Assembly (NCBI GenBank): GCA_027451365.1
Contig: DAIDJN010000041.1
Coordinates: forward strand, 89,679-153,678
Source: Phycisphaerales bacterium
GTDB taxonomy: Bacteria > Planctomycetota > Phycisphaerae > WQYP01
Direction: 5' to 3'
Length of the DNA: 64,000 nucleotides
Under the pieces are notes generated by a model. That model was not told the origin of the DNA. It saw only the letters and a program-made list of their open reading frames with translations, and did no database searches. Shown here piece after piece: positions 37,986 through 48,987 of this stretch (its first letter is position 1; the number at the start of each line of letters is the position of its first letter). The position numbers were made by a program, and so were the translations under genes.

Positions 37986-39707
37986 TCATCGCCGGGCAAA
38001 CCGGCCAATGACAGGAGCCTGCCGCAGTTCTTCCATATTCAGCATACGGGCAGTTACGGCGAACACAAGTACTGCGGCCAGCAGCACCAGCGGCAGCCGC
38101 ACGGCGACCGCCGGCAGGCTGTAAACCGGTCCAAGCAGGGTGATACCGCCAACGGCAAAATTCATGAGCAGCGCCGCGGCGGCCATGGCGGCTGTTACCA
38201 CCAGCGTTTTGAAAATATGGGTCGACAACTGTTTTAGTCCAAGCAGGCCGACGCGCCGGCGCAGCAACTGTAAAAGAATGAGGCATTGAATCGCCGCCGA
38301 TATGCTGGTGCTTGCGGCAATTCCCCCTTCCTGCATCGGCCAGATCAAAATAAGATTCAGGGTCACGTTCAACGCGACCATGGCGGCGGCAATTTTCATG
38401 GGGGTTATCGCGTCGTCCAGGGCGTAAAAAACCCGCACCAGAATCATCTGAAGTTCAAAGGCCCATATCCCGGCACAAAACCAGCGTGCCGCCCAGACGG
38501 CACGGACCACATCGGCCGCGTTCACACGGCCGCCAAGGTAAATGGCGCAGATCAGCATATGGCAGATGATAATCATGCCGACTGCCGCGGGCAGGCTCAA
38601 AAAAAGGCTTTTGGCGATGGCCGCGCGGGTCAGGCGTTTAATTTCCGGCATATCGTTGGCCACCGCGGCCCGCGAAAGCTGCGGAAAAACCGCAGTGGCC
38701 GTGGCCACGCCGAAAATGCCCACCGGCAATAAATAAATGCGCTGCGCTACTGAAAGCTTGCCCAGCGCTCCGGCCAGCATGGGAGTTGCTATCAAATGAC
38801 CGAGTAGATGAAAATGCGGCACACCACCATGACCATCCGGCGAAAGCCACCAAGCTATCTGAGAATCCAGAAAAGTGTTTAGCTGCACTGCGGAAAGGCC
38901 CAGCACCATCGGCATCATGCGGCGGGTAATCAGCCGCACCGCCGGGCCGACAATTTCCGCGTGGACCGCATGTGTGGCATTTCGCATGCCGTTCAGATGC
39001 ACGCCCGCGCGCCGCACATTCAACAGCATAATCGCCAATTGCACGATGCCGGACGCCAGAACCGCCCCAGCAACCCATACAATTCGGCAGTCCAGCGGAT
39101 AATGGCGCGTCCAGATCGCGACCGGAATTGCCGCCGCCAGAATCATGGCACCATTGGCCACAATTGGCATCAGTGACTGTGCGGCGAATCGTTCATGGGC
39201 CGCTGCCATCGCGCTAAGCAACGCCACCAGGCAGATCGCAATGCAATAGGGGAGCATAATGGCCACCATAGCCGCCGCCAGGCGATTGTTTGCCAGCACT
39301 GCATGGGACAGGGCAATGGGGATGGCCACGGCCTCACCAGCGACGACAAGCACCAGCAGCACCAGCGAAAGAATTGCCAGCACCCGACTGGCCAGCGCAT
39401 TGGCCGCATCGGGGCCGGATTCGGCACGTACCCGCGTGTAAACGGGTAGAAATATGGCGGTCAGCGCGCCTTCGCCAAAAATTCGGCGGAACAGATTGGG
39501 AAACTGAAAACCTATCCAGAACGCGGACCAGGTGGTTCCGACGCCCAGGAAATAGCTGCAGGCTTTGTCGCGGGCCAGGCCCGACAACCGTGACAAAAAT
39601 GTCAACTTGGACATTAGATTGGCATGGCGCACGAACCGTTCGGCACCCTGCCGGGGAGGCGTGGGTGCTGGATTCTCGGGCATATTTTCAATCTGCTTGT
39701 CCGCCAT
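37986..39707 (-). CDS. murJ: Lipid II flippase MurJ (MviN)
   Basis: TFLSRLSGLARD, FQFPNLFRRIFGEGALT, AQRIYLLPVGIFG, RVFYALDDAITP. Confidence 0.93.
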   Translation of the reverse strand: MADKQIENMPENPAPTPPRQGAERFVRHANLMSKLTFLSRLSGLARDKACSYFLGVGTTWSAFWIGFQFPNLFRRIFGEGALTAIFLPVYTRVRAESGPDAANALASRVLAILSLVLLVLVVAGEAVAIPIALSHAVLANNRLAAAMVAIMLPYCIAICLVALLSAMAAAHERFAAQSLMPIVANGAMILAAAIPVAIWTRHYPLDCRIVWVAGAVLASGIVQLAIMLLNVRRAGVHLNGMRNATHAVHAEIVGPAVRLITRRMMPMVLGLSAVQLNTFLDSQIAWWLSPDGHGGVPHFHLLGHLIATPMLAGALGKLSVAQRIYLLPVGIFGVATATAVFPQLSRAAVANDMPEIKRLTRAAIAKSLFLSLPAAVGMIIICHMLICAIYLGGRVNAADVVRAVWAARWFCAGIWAFELQMILVRVFYALDDAITPMKIAAAMVALNVTLNLILIWPMQEGGIAASTSISAAIQCLILLQLLRRRVGLLGLKQLSTHIFKTLVVTAAMAAAALLMNFAVGGITLLGPVYSLPAVAVRLPLVLLAAVLVFAVTARMLNMEELRQAPVIGRFARR

Positions 39708-40131
39708 GGGCCGGATATCCTTAACCCAAATCAGGGGAAATCCAATTCGTTAATGGGAATCATAATTGCAGGCCGGCTGCAGGCCAAACCGGGTCAAATG
39801 TGCCAGCGCCTTCTGGCGCCCGCAAATGGGGATTGATTGGCCTGCTTGCGGGTCGGCCTTACCGGCGGGGGGGCATGCAGGCTTTGGCGATCGTCGTCAA
39901 TGCAGGCTCTCCAGCTGTGCTTGCCACAGCCGTTGGCTGGTAGGGTACTGTCCGCCAAGGCGGGCTGCCGTCTGTTGCACCGTTTGGTGGGGGCCTGTGG
40001 CATGATTGACGCATTCATGGACGGCAACTAGCATACGTTGACGGAAAAAGGGAGGGGCCTGGGCCGGATTTACAGGCCCGCTCCGTCGCGGATTTTGGCG
40101 ATTTTTAAACTGGTATTTAACTGGAATCAGC

Positions 40132-41043
40132 ATGGCAGATACGCATAACCCCACACCACACGACGACGCGGACGGTATTGTTCCTTTGTCCAGTGTGCGC
40201 AACGCCCATCAGGCGGCAACTGTGGCTGCGGCCGAGCCGACGGACCCCGTTGCCCAGGAATCGCAGTCGGAGGAATCAAATCCCCAGGACGTGCCCTTGG
40301 CAATTATTTCCGATATTCACGCCAATTACGAAGCGCTGCAGGCGGTCATGGCGGAAATTCGGTCCAGGAATATTGAACACATCTGCTGCCTGGGGGATGT
40401 GATCGGCTATGGCCCCAATCCACTGGAATGCCTGGATGCCGTCATTGAAAATTGTGAATTCACGATTATGGGCAACCATGATTTCGCCATTTTTTACGAG
40501 CCATTCAATTTCAATACGGCGGCGGAAAACGCCGCGTATTGGACCCGCGGCCAGTTTGAAGCCGACGCCGACCGTGCCCGTCGCAACCGTCGTTGGCGTT
40601 ATCTCGGAAATATGCAGACGCGCATGAACCACAAGCGATTCCTTGCGGTGCACGGTTCGCCGCGGCGCCCGATAAATGAATACATTTTCCCTGACGATAT
40701 TTATTCGGCCACGGTCAAAATTCAAAGCATTTTTGACCGTATTACGCACCTTTGCTTTGTCGGCCATACGCACGTGCCGGGCGTTTTTGTGCAGCAGCCG
40801 GATTTCTATTCGCCGGAAGACTTAAACAATGAATATCGCATAAGCGATGAAAAGGCGATCATCAATGTCGGGTCGGTGGGTCAGCCGCGCGACCACGATC
40901 CGCGCGCCAGTTTTGCGATTCTGCATTCTGATCGCGTGGAATTTCTGCGGGTCGCTTACGATATCAATACAACAGTGGATAAAGTACGGTCTATCGACGC
41001 ATTGGATAATTTTCTCGGGCAGCGCCTGCTGGAGGGAACGTAA
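40132..41043 (+). CDS. Calcineurin-like metallophosphoesterase
   Basis: SDIHAN, LGDVIGYG, GNHD, HGSP, GHTH, NVGSVGQPRD. Confidence 0.93.
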   Translation: MADTHNPTPHDDADGIVPLSSVRNAHQAATVAAAEPTDPVAQESQSEESNPQDVPLAIISDIHANYEALQAVMAEIRSRNIEHICCLGDVIGYGPNPLECLDAVIENCEFTIMGNHDFAIFYEPFNFNTAAENAAYWTRGQFEADADRARRNRRWRYLGNMQTRMNHKRFLAVHGSPRRPINEYIFPDDIYSATVKIQSIFDRITHLCFVGHTHVPGVFVQQPDFYSPEDLNNEYRISDEKAIINVGSVGQPRDHDPRASFAILHSDRVEFLRVAYDINTTVDKVRSIDALDNFLGQRLLEGT

Positions 41044-41241
41044 CAATTCGGTGTCACACTGATGAAGCCGGATTACAACGACGAATTTCTGATGCGGACC
41101 TTGTTCGGCGGACGGCCAGCGGGGTGTTGGGCTGGCGGAAAATCGGTTTCCACCCAGCTGCCGCAGATGCCCGTGTGGTTCCAGAAAAATATTCCAGATG
41201 AGGTTTGCGCCAGCCGCCAGCCCGCTTAAAACAGGAAAATC

Positions 41242-43170
41242 ATGGACTTAAAAAAATTATTTCGACTGATGCTCATTGTGCTTATTGCGGTGCTGGGCAC
41301 GAATCTGGTCATGAAAGAGTTCTTTGCGCCCAAAGCGAAGCCCGCGGTTGGTAGCACCGCCGCCCCGAAGGCATCGGCCGGTCATTTGCCGATGGTCGTG
41401 ATTAACCCATCGGCGGTGAAGCATGTGACGCTTGGAGACAGCAAAGCCGGTTCTCCGTTTCATCTGGAGGTGGTGCTTAGCAACGTCGGGGCGGGCGTGG
41501 CGAAGGTGGAAATTAATTCGTCGCTGTATCGGGCCGCGCTGGATTCATCCAAACCGCTGGTGCTGCTGAAGCATCGCAAGGGATTTCCGCTGGCGTTTGC
41601 TTCGCGTTCGGCCATTATTCCCGGCCAAGGCATGTTTAATCTCAAAACCCCGTGGACGGTGACCCGGGTAATAGATCACACCACAGCCATTCTGAAGTGG
41701 CAATTGCTGGATACCAAAGAAAAGCCGCTGGCGCTGCTGGAAAAAATTTACCAGTTGAATCCAAACACGTGGAATTTGCATGTCACGCAGCGCATCATCA
41801 ATGAGACTGCTCATCCATTGCGGATTGCCTTGAACCTTTTTGGCAGCACCAGCTTGCCACTGGGCCACGAAGAAACGGACCTTCGCACGGTTCAAAGTGC
41901 GACCTACCACAGTGCCAGCAAATATCTGGACATCAGCGGATCGCCCGAAGCCTATCAGGCCAAAATGCTGGGGGCCGATACCGCTCCGGTGATTCTGGGA
42001 AGTTTTGCCGGCAAAAACAGACTTCTCTGGATTGCCTCCTCCAATCGGTTTTTCGTTACCATTTTCCGACCGCTGCCGGCGGGTCCGCCCGAATATGAAA
42101 TGCTGGACAGCGGCGTGAAAATTCCCCGGATCAATTATCTGGGCAATGCCACAGTTAAAAGGGTCGGGGAAAAAGCCGCCCAAGCCGACCCGCGCGGCGT
42201 TCTGGCGGTGGAGCTTGCCGGCCAGACGTTGGATATTCCCGCCCATGGTCAGGCGGATATGCCTTTTACCGTCTATTGCGGCCCGAAAAAGAGAGCCATC
42301 CTGGCCGGTTCCAGCCACGCCAAGCCTGGCTCTGCCGCCTGGGATTACCGCGTCTATAACTATCTGTCCGTCATTCAGTTTAACCAGGGAAGCTGGTGTT
42401 CGTTTATCACGTTCTCCTGGCTTTCGCTGGCAATTCTAAAACTGTTGGACTGGATCCACGCGGTGGTCGGAAATTATGGCGTGGCCATCATGATTCTTGT
42501 TCTGTTTGTGCGCCTGCTGCTTCACCCGCTTACGCGCTGGGGACAGGTGAATATGAGCACGATGCAGCGTAAAATGGCCAAACTTCAGCCTGATATTGAG
42601 CGCATTAAAACCAAATATGCCAAAGACAAACAGCGCCAGCAGCAGGAAACCATGCAGCTTTATAAGGAAAAAAATGTCAATCCGGCCGCCGGCATTCTCG
42701 GTTGTCTCCCCATGCTGCTGCAAATGCCCATCTGGATCGCTCTGTATTCCGGACTGCAGGTGGATATTGATCTGCGGCAGGCGAGTTTCATTCCCGGCTG
42801 GATTACGGATCTTTCCAGTCCGGATACCCTGGCGCGGTTTCATACATCGTTTCAGGTTCCGATAATCGGCTATTCCCATCATGGGCAAGATTTTATCGCC
42901 TTTAATCTTCTGCCCCTGCTGCTGGGGGTTGTGTTCTATCTGCAAATGCAGTTTCAAATGCGGCTTTCGCCAACGCCGACAGATCCGCAGCAGAAACAGA
43001 TGCAGAAAATGTCGCAATTCATGGTGCTGGTGTTCCCTCTGTTTCTGTATAACGCTCCGTCAGGCCTTAACCTGTATATTTGTGCCAGTACCCTTGGCGG
43101 CCTGATTGACATGACCTTCATCCGGCGTCATCTGAAAAAACTTGAGGCCCGTGAGGCCGCCACTGCCTGA
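41242..43170 (+). CDS. yidC: Membrane protein insertase YidC
   Basis: N-terminal TM, large periplasmic domain, GNYGVAIMIL, KLQP, GCLPMLLQMPIW, WITDLS.PD, PSGLNLY. Confidence 0.95.
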   Translation: MDLKKLFRLMLIVLIAVLGTNLVMKEFFAPKAKPAVGSTAAPKASAGHLPMVVINPSAVKHVTLGDSKAGSPFHLEVVLSNVGAGVAKVEINSSLYRAALDSSKPLVLLKHRKGFPLAFASRSAIIPGQGMFNLKTPWTVTRVIDHTTAILKWQLLDTKEKPLALLEKIYQLNPNTWNLHVTQRIINETAHPLRIALNLFGSTSLPLGHEETDLRTVQSATYHSASKYLDISGSPEAYQAKMLGADTAPVILGSFAGKNRLLWIASSNRFFVTIFRPLPAGPPEYEMLDSGVKIPRINYLGNATVKRVGEKAAQADPRGVLAVELAGQTLDIPAHGQADMPFTVYCGPKKRAILAGSSHAKPGSAAWDYRVYNYLSVIQFNQGSWCSFITFSWLSLAILKLLDWIHAVVGNYGVAIMILVLFVRLLLHPLTRWGQVNMSTMQRKMAKLQPDIERIKTKYAKDKQRQQQETMQLYKEKNVNPAAGILGCLPMLLQMPIWIALYSGLQVDIDLRQASFIPGWITDLSSPDTLARFHTSFQVPIIGYSHHGQDFIAFNLLPLLLGVVFYLQMQFQMRLSPTPTDPQQKQMQKMSQFMVLVFPLFLYNAPSGLNLYICASTLGGLIDMTFIRRHLKKLEAREAATA

Positions 43171-43194
43171 GGCCCGACGCCCATAGGCACCTGC

Positions 43195-43800
43195 GTGCGG
43201 CGTCCGGCAAGGATCATTTGCGTGCCCAAACTATTTGCCAAAAAGCATTTACGCCGGCATCCTGGCCGGTCCGCTGTTCCGCGTGGGGGTAATCCCCGGC
43301 CGCCAAAGCCGCGTTCCATGGTGTCGGTCAATCCGCGACCTGTGGCCATCAATATGCCTGGCGGGAAACGCCTTGTTACAACTTTGGTGCGCCCAAAGGG
43401 CGAGTCGCGATCGGTGCCGGCCCATTCGGTTATTGTGCTGGTGGGGAAATCCGGTCGGCGGATTCCTTGGAAGCCCGGCACGCAATATACCGGCGGCGCA
43501 ATGTGGCATTCAGATGTCCGCGGTAATCTGTTTGGCTATGATTTCCGCCACCCCGGGCAGGTTTATATCTGCCGGCTGAACGGCGAACATGTGGCCAAAT
43601 TGTACCTGAGCCTGTTGCGCAAGAATATACTTAAGCCCGTGTTTTTCCGCACCAGTTCGCGCGGCATCCGGTACATTGCCGCCAATGGTCTGCGCAAGAC
43701 GCTGACCTGGAGCGCTGTGGAAAGAAACCTGCGGCGGCGGCGTGGGACGCCCTACGCCCGCAATGCCATGCGCTGGCTGACGGGCGGCCAAAGCCGTTAA
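43195..43800 (+). CDS. Hypothetical basic protein; start uncertain
   Basis: Fills the yidC-recN gap on the same strand; no recognised motif. Confidence 0.45.
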   Translation: MRRPARIICVPKLFAKKHLRRHPGRSAVPRGGNPRPPKPRSMVSVNPRPVAINMPGGKRLVTTLVRPKGESRSVPAHSVIVLVGKSGRRIPWKPGTQYTGGAMWHSDVRGNLFGYDFRHPGQVYICRLNGEHVAKLYLSLLRKNILKPVFFRTSSRGIRYIAANGLRKTLTWSAVERNLRRRRGTPYARNAMRWLTGGQSR

Positions 43801-43923
43801 TTTTTCTTCAGTTCCAATGTTCCCGGCTAAGCGGCCCTATGCGTTTGGTCAAACCCCGGTAGAATACCCTTCCCGGGCAAGGGGCGGCTTTGTCCGGCTG
43901 TGAAACGTGTTCCATGGTGCGCC

Positions 43924-45750
43924 ATGCTGCGTGAACTCCATATTTCCAATCTGGCCGTTATTGCCGATGCCAATGTGGAATTAAGTCCCGGATTGAATTG
44001 TTTCACCGGCCAGACCGGCGCGGGAAAATCCCTGGTTCTGGGCGCATTGGAATTGCTGCTGGCCTTGCGTTCGCCACAGAATATGCTGCGCAGCGGCAGC
44101 CAGGAGGCTCGCGTGACCGGCGTGTTCCATCTGGCCAGCCCGAAATTACGTCAGACCGTGGCCGATCTTACTGATCTTCCTCTGGCCGATGAACCGGACA
44201 TGATTCTCGCACGCCGAATTCATGACAGCGGCCGCACCAGCGCATCGGTCAATGGGCATCCATTAAACGGGGCGATGCTTAAAAGCATTGGCGAAACACT
44301 CGCGGACATCCACGGCCAGCACGATGCGCAGTATCTGTTGAAGCCGGGCAATCAGTTGGCCATGCTCGATGATTTTGCCGGCTGCTCTGATTTGGCGGAT
44401 AACTTCCGCGCGCTTCACCGCCAGCGCCGGGAAATTCAGGACCGGTTGCATCAATTGGCCGCTTCGGAATCTCTGCGTCGTCAGCAGTTGGATCTTTTTG
44501 AATTTCAGGCGGCCGAAATTGATGAAGCCGCATTCACCATTGGCGAACAGGAGAATCTGGAGAATCGACACCGGCTTTTGTCCAACATGGAAAAAATAAA
44601 GCGACAGGCCGCTGCCGCCTATGAAGCCCTGTACGATCAGGAAGGCGCTGTGGTGGGGCGGTTAAAGGCAATAACCGGCATTCTGCTGGACGCTGCCGAG
44701 CTAGCCGGCGAAATTTCTCCCATCGCCGCGCAGGTGCGTGATGCCGCCGTAAGCCTGGACGACGCCGCCTTCGCCCTTCGGCACATGATGGACCGTCTGG
44801 AACTGGATCCTGATGAACTGGCACGGGTGGCTGAGCGGTTGAATCTGCTGAATCGGCTTCTGAATAAATACTGCGGTTCCGGCGGGTCCCTGACCGACCT
44901 GATGCAGTATCGTGTCGCGATCGGCGAAGATATTTCCCGCCTGCAGGCCGCCGATCAGGATTCGACCCAGAATCGCCAGCAGGTGGTCGAACTGGAACAC
45001 CAACTAAGCGCAGTGGGGGCGCGGCTTGCCGCCAAAAGGCGTGCCGGTGCGGACAAGCTTGTCGGGCTGGTGCAGGGCCACCTGACCGAATTGGGTATGA
45101 AGGAAGCCCGCCTGCAACTGCATTTCCAGCCTGCGGCAAACGATGCCGCGCGGCTCGCGGCGAGCGATGGCGTTCTGGACAGTTTTCCCCTGCCCACCGG
45201 CTTGGAAATTGTGGATATTCTTATTGCTCCCAACCCTGGCCAGGAGCCAAGGCCGCTGCGTAAAATAGCCAGCGGCGGTGAGCTTTCCCGCGTCATGCTT
45301 GCCATTAAATCCATTATGGCCCAGCCCGACCGCGTCAGTGTGCTGGTCTTTGACGAAATTGACGCCAATGTCGGCGGCCGCATGGGCACCGTGCTTGGTG
45401 AGAAACTGCGGGCCTTGGCCCGGCATCATCAGGTATTGTGCATCACCCATTTACCGCAAATTGCTGCATTTGCCGACCGACATATCCGTATTCGTAAAAT
45501 TGTTGAAAATGGAGAAAGCTTCACCACTGTTGAACCCTTGGAGGGAGAAGACCGCATTCATGAACTCGCGGAAATGATTTCCGGCAAGCAGATCACGGAA
45601 ACATCGCTGGCCCAGGCCCGTGAACTGCTGGCCGTGGCGGGCAACGTTCCAGCCGGGGTCGCCAGCAGGCCGGCGAGCGCAGTAAAGACCGCGACTTCTC
45701 CCAATATCGGGCACCGCAAAAAGGCCGCCAGCCGCCGCGGCTCGCATTAA
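43924..45750 (+). CDS. recN: DNA repair protein RecN
   Basis: MLRELHISNLAVI, TGQTGAGKS, DIHGQH, ASGGELSR, FDEIDA, CITHLPQIAA. Confidence 0.96.
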   Translation: MLRELHISNLAVIADANVELSPGLNCFTGQTGAGKSLVLGALELLLALRSPQNMLRSGSQEARVTGVFHLASPKLRQTVADLTDLPLADEPDMILARRIHDSGRTSASVNGHPLNGAMLKSIGETLADIHGQHDAQYLLKPGNQLAMLDDFAGCSDLADNFRALHRQRREIQDRLHQLAASESLRRQQLDLFEFQAAEIDEAAFTIGEQENLENRHRLLSNMEKIKRQAAAAYEALYDQEGAVVGRLKAITGILLDAAELAGEISPIAAQVRDAAVSLDDAAFALRHMMDRLELDPDELARVAERLNLLNRLLNKYCGSGGSLTDLMQYRVAIGEDISRLQAADQDSTQNRQQVVELEHQLSAVGARLAAKRRAGADKLVGLVQGHLTELGMKEARLQLHFQPAANDAARLAASDGVLDSFPLPTGLEIVDILIAPNPGQEPRPLRKIASGGELSRVMLAIKSIMAQPDRVSVLVFDEIDANVGGRMGTVLGEKLRALARHHQVLCITHLPQIAAFADRHIRIRKIVENGESFTTVEPLEGEDRIHELAEMISGKQITETSLAQARELLAVAGNVPAGVASRPASAVKTATSPNIGHRKKAASRRGSH

Positions 45751-45875
45751 ATGTGGCTGGCGCGGTCTTGAATTCGTGAGCAATTGGCGCTTGGCATTTT
45801 ACCTGCCATAAGCCGCCCAATTCGGGCGGTAGGGCATCTCCAAAGGAACACTGGCCTCTGTCTGAGTTGTGCGGC

Positions 45876-46586
45876 TTATGGGCGCGGTGGATTGGATTTA
45901 ATCTTATTCGTATCAAGTGTGACCGCGCCATGCCGGGCCAGGGCGCCGCCATCCTGAATTGACGCACTGTTCATTATGATAATATCCGTGGTGGCAAGAA
46001 TGGTGCCTTCAAATGCGCTGTCCGCCCCAAGGGTGGCCGAACTTCCCACCTGCCAGAACACAAAATTCCTTGGCTCAGATCCATTGCCACGGTTAATGGA
46101 AATAACGGCTGATTTGGTGCCGGTGGTCAGAGTTGTCCCGATCTGAAATACAAACTGGGCTTTTTTATTGCCTTGGCAGTCAAGTGTGAGTATCCCGTTG
46201 AGAGTTGCCAACGACGAAAAATAATATACCCCGGGCAGCAGCGTTAACCCGCCCAGGTCCTGGCCGCTTAAATCGTGGGTCGGTTTCATCCCCTGAACCG
46301 CTTTGTAAGCGGCGGTAAGATCAATATGCGCTTTGCGGGCGACATCATCGGCCATTCGCTTGGCATGGGGCGATAAGACAATACCCGGCGGGAAGCCGGT
46401 GATATCCTCGCTGTGACTGGTTCCCACATGGCCTCCATGCACCGCGGTATCGCCGGTATTCGTGACCGCGGTACCGCCCAACACCGCAAAATTGGCGGCG
46501 GAATCTAAAATAAATTGAACCGGCGCGTGCAGCGGAAGCGTGCCCAACGGTGCAACCACCAGCATAACAAGTGTTTTATTTACCAT
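45876..46586 (-). CDS. DUF3494 ice-binding-like protein, no C-terminal anchor
   Basis: NFAVLGG, ITGFPPG, DLGGLTLLPGVY, FVFQIG, VFWQVGSSATLG, ALAR.GAVTLD; AGGAG RBS. Confidence 0.88.
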   Translation of the reverse strand: MVNKTLVMLVVAPLGTLPLHAPVQFILDSAANFAVLGGTAVTNTGDTAVHGGHVGTSHSEDITGFPPGIVLSPHAKRMADDVARKAHIDLTAAYKAVQGMKPTHDLSGQDLGGLTLLPGVYYFSSLATLNGILTLDCQGNKKAQFVFQIGTTLTTGTKSAVISINRGNGSEPRNFVFWQVGSSATLGADSAFEGTILATTDIIIMNSASIQDGGALARHGAVTLDTNKIKSNPPRP

Positions 46587-46797
46587 GGCCAATTCTCCTT
46601 TTTCACACACCGCCGCGTGGGGATGTGCGAATATGGCGCGACTGATCTTCGGTTGGGCATCGTGGAGAACGAGCTAAAGGAAAGCTGGATTCCGGGTGGG
46701 CGTCGGGGCGACTCATGCCAAGGTTTCTAAACCAACCCGCGCGAGCCGTGCGACTTCAAGCGGCCATGCTCTAGCACACTTGAATTATCAGTATAGC

Positions 46798-46813
46798 AGC
46801 AATTGGCGTACCG
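46798..46813 (-). promoter_or_regulatory. sigma54 (-24/-12) promoter
   Basis: Minus strand CGGTAC-GCCAA-TTGCT, oriented towards the 46586 gene. Confidence 0.65.
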
Positions 46814-46978
46814 TGGTGGATTTGGTTAATTATTTTTAAAGATAGGCGGGCGGCTATCACACAGCCGGACACATAAACCGGTCAATATCAGGAAAGTCCG
46901 GATATACCTGACTTTAGTTTCTGCAAAGCCGGGGTGCTTATTGTCCGGGAATCGTCAATTTTGCCCAATTCATTCGAA

Positions 46979-47797
46979 TTATGTCCGGCGGCTGCGCCAG
47001 CGTGTCGTAAGTGTGTAAATTCCCACCAGGCCCGCCCCGGCCAACACAAGTGTTGCTGTGGCTGGCTGGCCAACTGCCGCCGGCCCGGTATTGATATTGC
47101 TGCTGGCGCAGTTACTGATGGTGTTGGCATCCAGTGTTACCGCGCCATTGCGTGCCAGAGCGCTGCCGTCGGTAATTGTGGCACCAGTATTCAACGTAAT
47201 GCTGGTTAGCGCAAGAATATGTCCTTCAAATGCGGTTCCTGTGCCCAGCGTGGCGGAACTACCCACCTGCCAGAACACATTGCAATCTGGTGTTGAACCG
47301 GAATTCAGAACCACAACCGAAGCGTTGCTGGCCGTGGTCAGCGTGCTGCCTATCTGAAAAACAAACTGCGCGGCCGAATTGCCCTGGTCATTAAGCGTCA
47401 GTGTTCCAGTAAGGCCCGCAGACGAAGAGAAAAAGTAGGTGCCCGCCGTTAGTGTTAATCCGCCCAGGTTCGTTCCTGTCAGATTCTGCGTGGGGGCTAA
47501 ACCTGCGCATGCATTGTAGGCCGTTGTTAAATCACTCTGAGCCTGACTGGCGACTGCATTGGCGGAGTCCAGTGTGTATGGAGATGTCACACTTCCCGGC
47601 GGAAAGCCGGTAATCGCCGTGCCCGGACTTACTCCCACATTTCCCCCATCTATAACCGTGTTACCTGTATTGGTCACGGTTGATCCGGCCAATACCGCGA
47701 AATTTCCCGCCGTGCCCAGCACCACGGCGGCTGGTACCGCCGCCGGGGAAACTGTTAATATCACCAACGCGGAAAAAATGATAGTCTTGGTAAACAT
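46979..47797 (-). CDS. DUF3494 ice-binding-like protein with PEP-CTERM-like tail
   Basis: Same DUF3494 motifs, Thr-rich; signal peptide; C-terminus VGQPATATLVLAGAGLVGIYTLTTRWRSRRT; GGAGG RBS. Confidence 0.92.
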   Translation of the reverse strand: MFTKTIIFSALVILTVSPAAVPAAVVLGTAGNFAVLAGSTVTNTGNTVIDGGNVGVSPGTAITGFPPGSVTSPYTLDSANAVASQAQSDLTTAYNACAGLAPTQNLTGTNLGGLTLTAGTYFFSSSAGLTGTLTLNDQGNSAAQFVFQIGSTLTTASNASVVVLNSGSTPDCNVFWQVGSSATLGTGTAFEGHILALTSITLNTGATITDGSALARNGAVTLDANTISNCASSNINTGPAAVGQPATATLVLAGAGLVGIYTLTTRWRSRRT

Positions 47798-47956
47798 TGG
47801 TCGCCTCCATTTACTTTTGTCGCCGGGTGGCGATACCAAAAGGTCGCATTTAAATAAAAAGCTGGAAGCCCTATAATTAGCCCGCCCCGCTTTTATATGT
47901 CCCAGCCATCCCGTTGAGATTGCCGAAATGATGACTAATCTCGATTACTATGTGTA

Positions 47957-47972
47957 TGCAAACCATGTGCCG
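47957..47972 (-). promoter_or_regulatory. sigma54 (-24/-12) promoter
   Basis: Minus strand CGGCAC-ATGGT-TTGCA, oriented towards the 47797 gene. Confidence 0.75.
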
Positions 47973-48344
47973 TGTTGGGTAAATCATTAAGTTGACTGAA
48001 TTCATAAAAGTTCTTGCGATCTTGGGGCTGCTTGCCGAGATTCAGTTACAGATGCGACGCAGAGGGGGCGGCAATAACGCCGCCGCCGGACATAATGTCG
48101 CGGACATTTTGTCCCAGTCGGTTGGCGAATTGCGTAAACAGGCAGAAAATTGCTGGCCAAATAATATTATTGCCAAAGGTATGGATATTGCATGGTAGTA
48201 CGTGGGGTTGTTCACGATTTTATTAATTGCGTCCCATTTTTTACCTGCGCAGAGCGTTCGGGTTGGGCGTCAGCCGCGTTCGCCAAGTCTCATTGGCTTG
48301 CTTGTAGGTGCAAAAAGACAAGATTGACCGCGGCTCGGTTGGCC

Positions 48345-48406
48345 AAAAAAGGGACAGGGACGTTCCGCCCTTTCGGTCGGAACGTCCCCGTTTACACCTG
48401 TGCCCC
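48345..48406 (-). terminator. Hairpin, probable intrinsic terminator (REP-like)
   Basis: GGGACGTTCCG-N10-CGGAACGTCCC with a T6 tract nearby on the minus strand, downstream of the 48453 stop. Confidence 0.55.
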
Positions 48407-48452
48407 ACTCGTGCTGCCCCACTGGCATTTGCCGCCCCACACCACGGACACT

Positions 48453-48758
48453 TTACCACTTTTTTAACAGGTATCTACGATCTATGCGATTCCAGGAATC
48501 GCGCACGGCCTGTCTGGCCGTATCCCAGTTTAATGTGGATTTACCCCTATGTGCCGCCCAGTCCCGTATCAAAATCAGTTCAACTTCCGCGAATAGGCGG
48601 GGATCATAAAACACCCGCGCTTCCCAGCCATATTGGTAGGCCGGGGCGTATTCTTCGTACGACACACCGGCCCTGACGTATGGACGTGAGTAATATGTCG
48701 ACCGCCAGAACCCATGTTCTACGACCGGGTCAAGTTCATTTATCGGGTCTTCGTTCAT
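48453..48758 (-). CDS. Small conserved hypothetical protein
   Basis: FWRSTYYSRPYV..G.SYEEYAPAYQYGW...DW...RGKSTLNWDTARQAVRDSW, a pattern I recall from uncharacterised small proteins; start at 48758 (GAGG upstream) or 48875. Confidence 0.7.
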   Translation of the reverse strand: MNEDPINELDPVVEHGFWRSTYYSRPYVRAGVSYEEYAPAYQYGWEARVFYDPRLFAEVELILIRDWAAHRGKSTLNWDTARQAVRDSWNRIDRRYLLKKW

Positions 48759-48987
48759 CTGGTCACCGCCTCGGTTTGGATGTTGCGCCTCGTCGGTTGT
48801 CTTAGGTACTGATAGCGGATCGGCTGAACTGAATTTCGGAATGGCTCTCTCAAAATTGACATCATGCAGCGTCATGGTTCGACTTCTCCAATCATTCCTG
48901 CGGCATATCCATTGGCTGCCCGCCTAGTGCAGCAACACAGAATTCACTGAAGAAATTTCGGGAAACTTCCTCATGCCGGTTGTTGTA

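Noticed and set aside
39998..40013. TGGCATGATTGACGCA as a sigma54 promoter of the phosphoesterase
   Set aside because: Spacing fits but the -12 element is ACGC, not TTGC; too weak alone
41062..41229. 55-codon ORF before yidC as yidD or rnpA
   Set aside because: No YidD or RnpA motifs and no RBS
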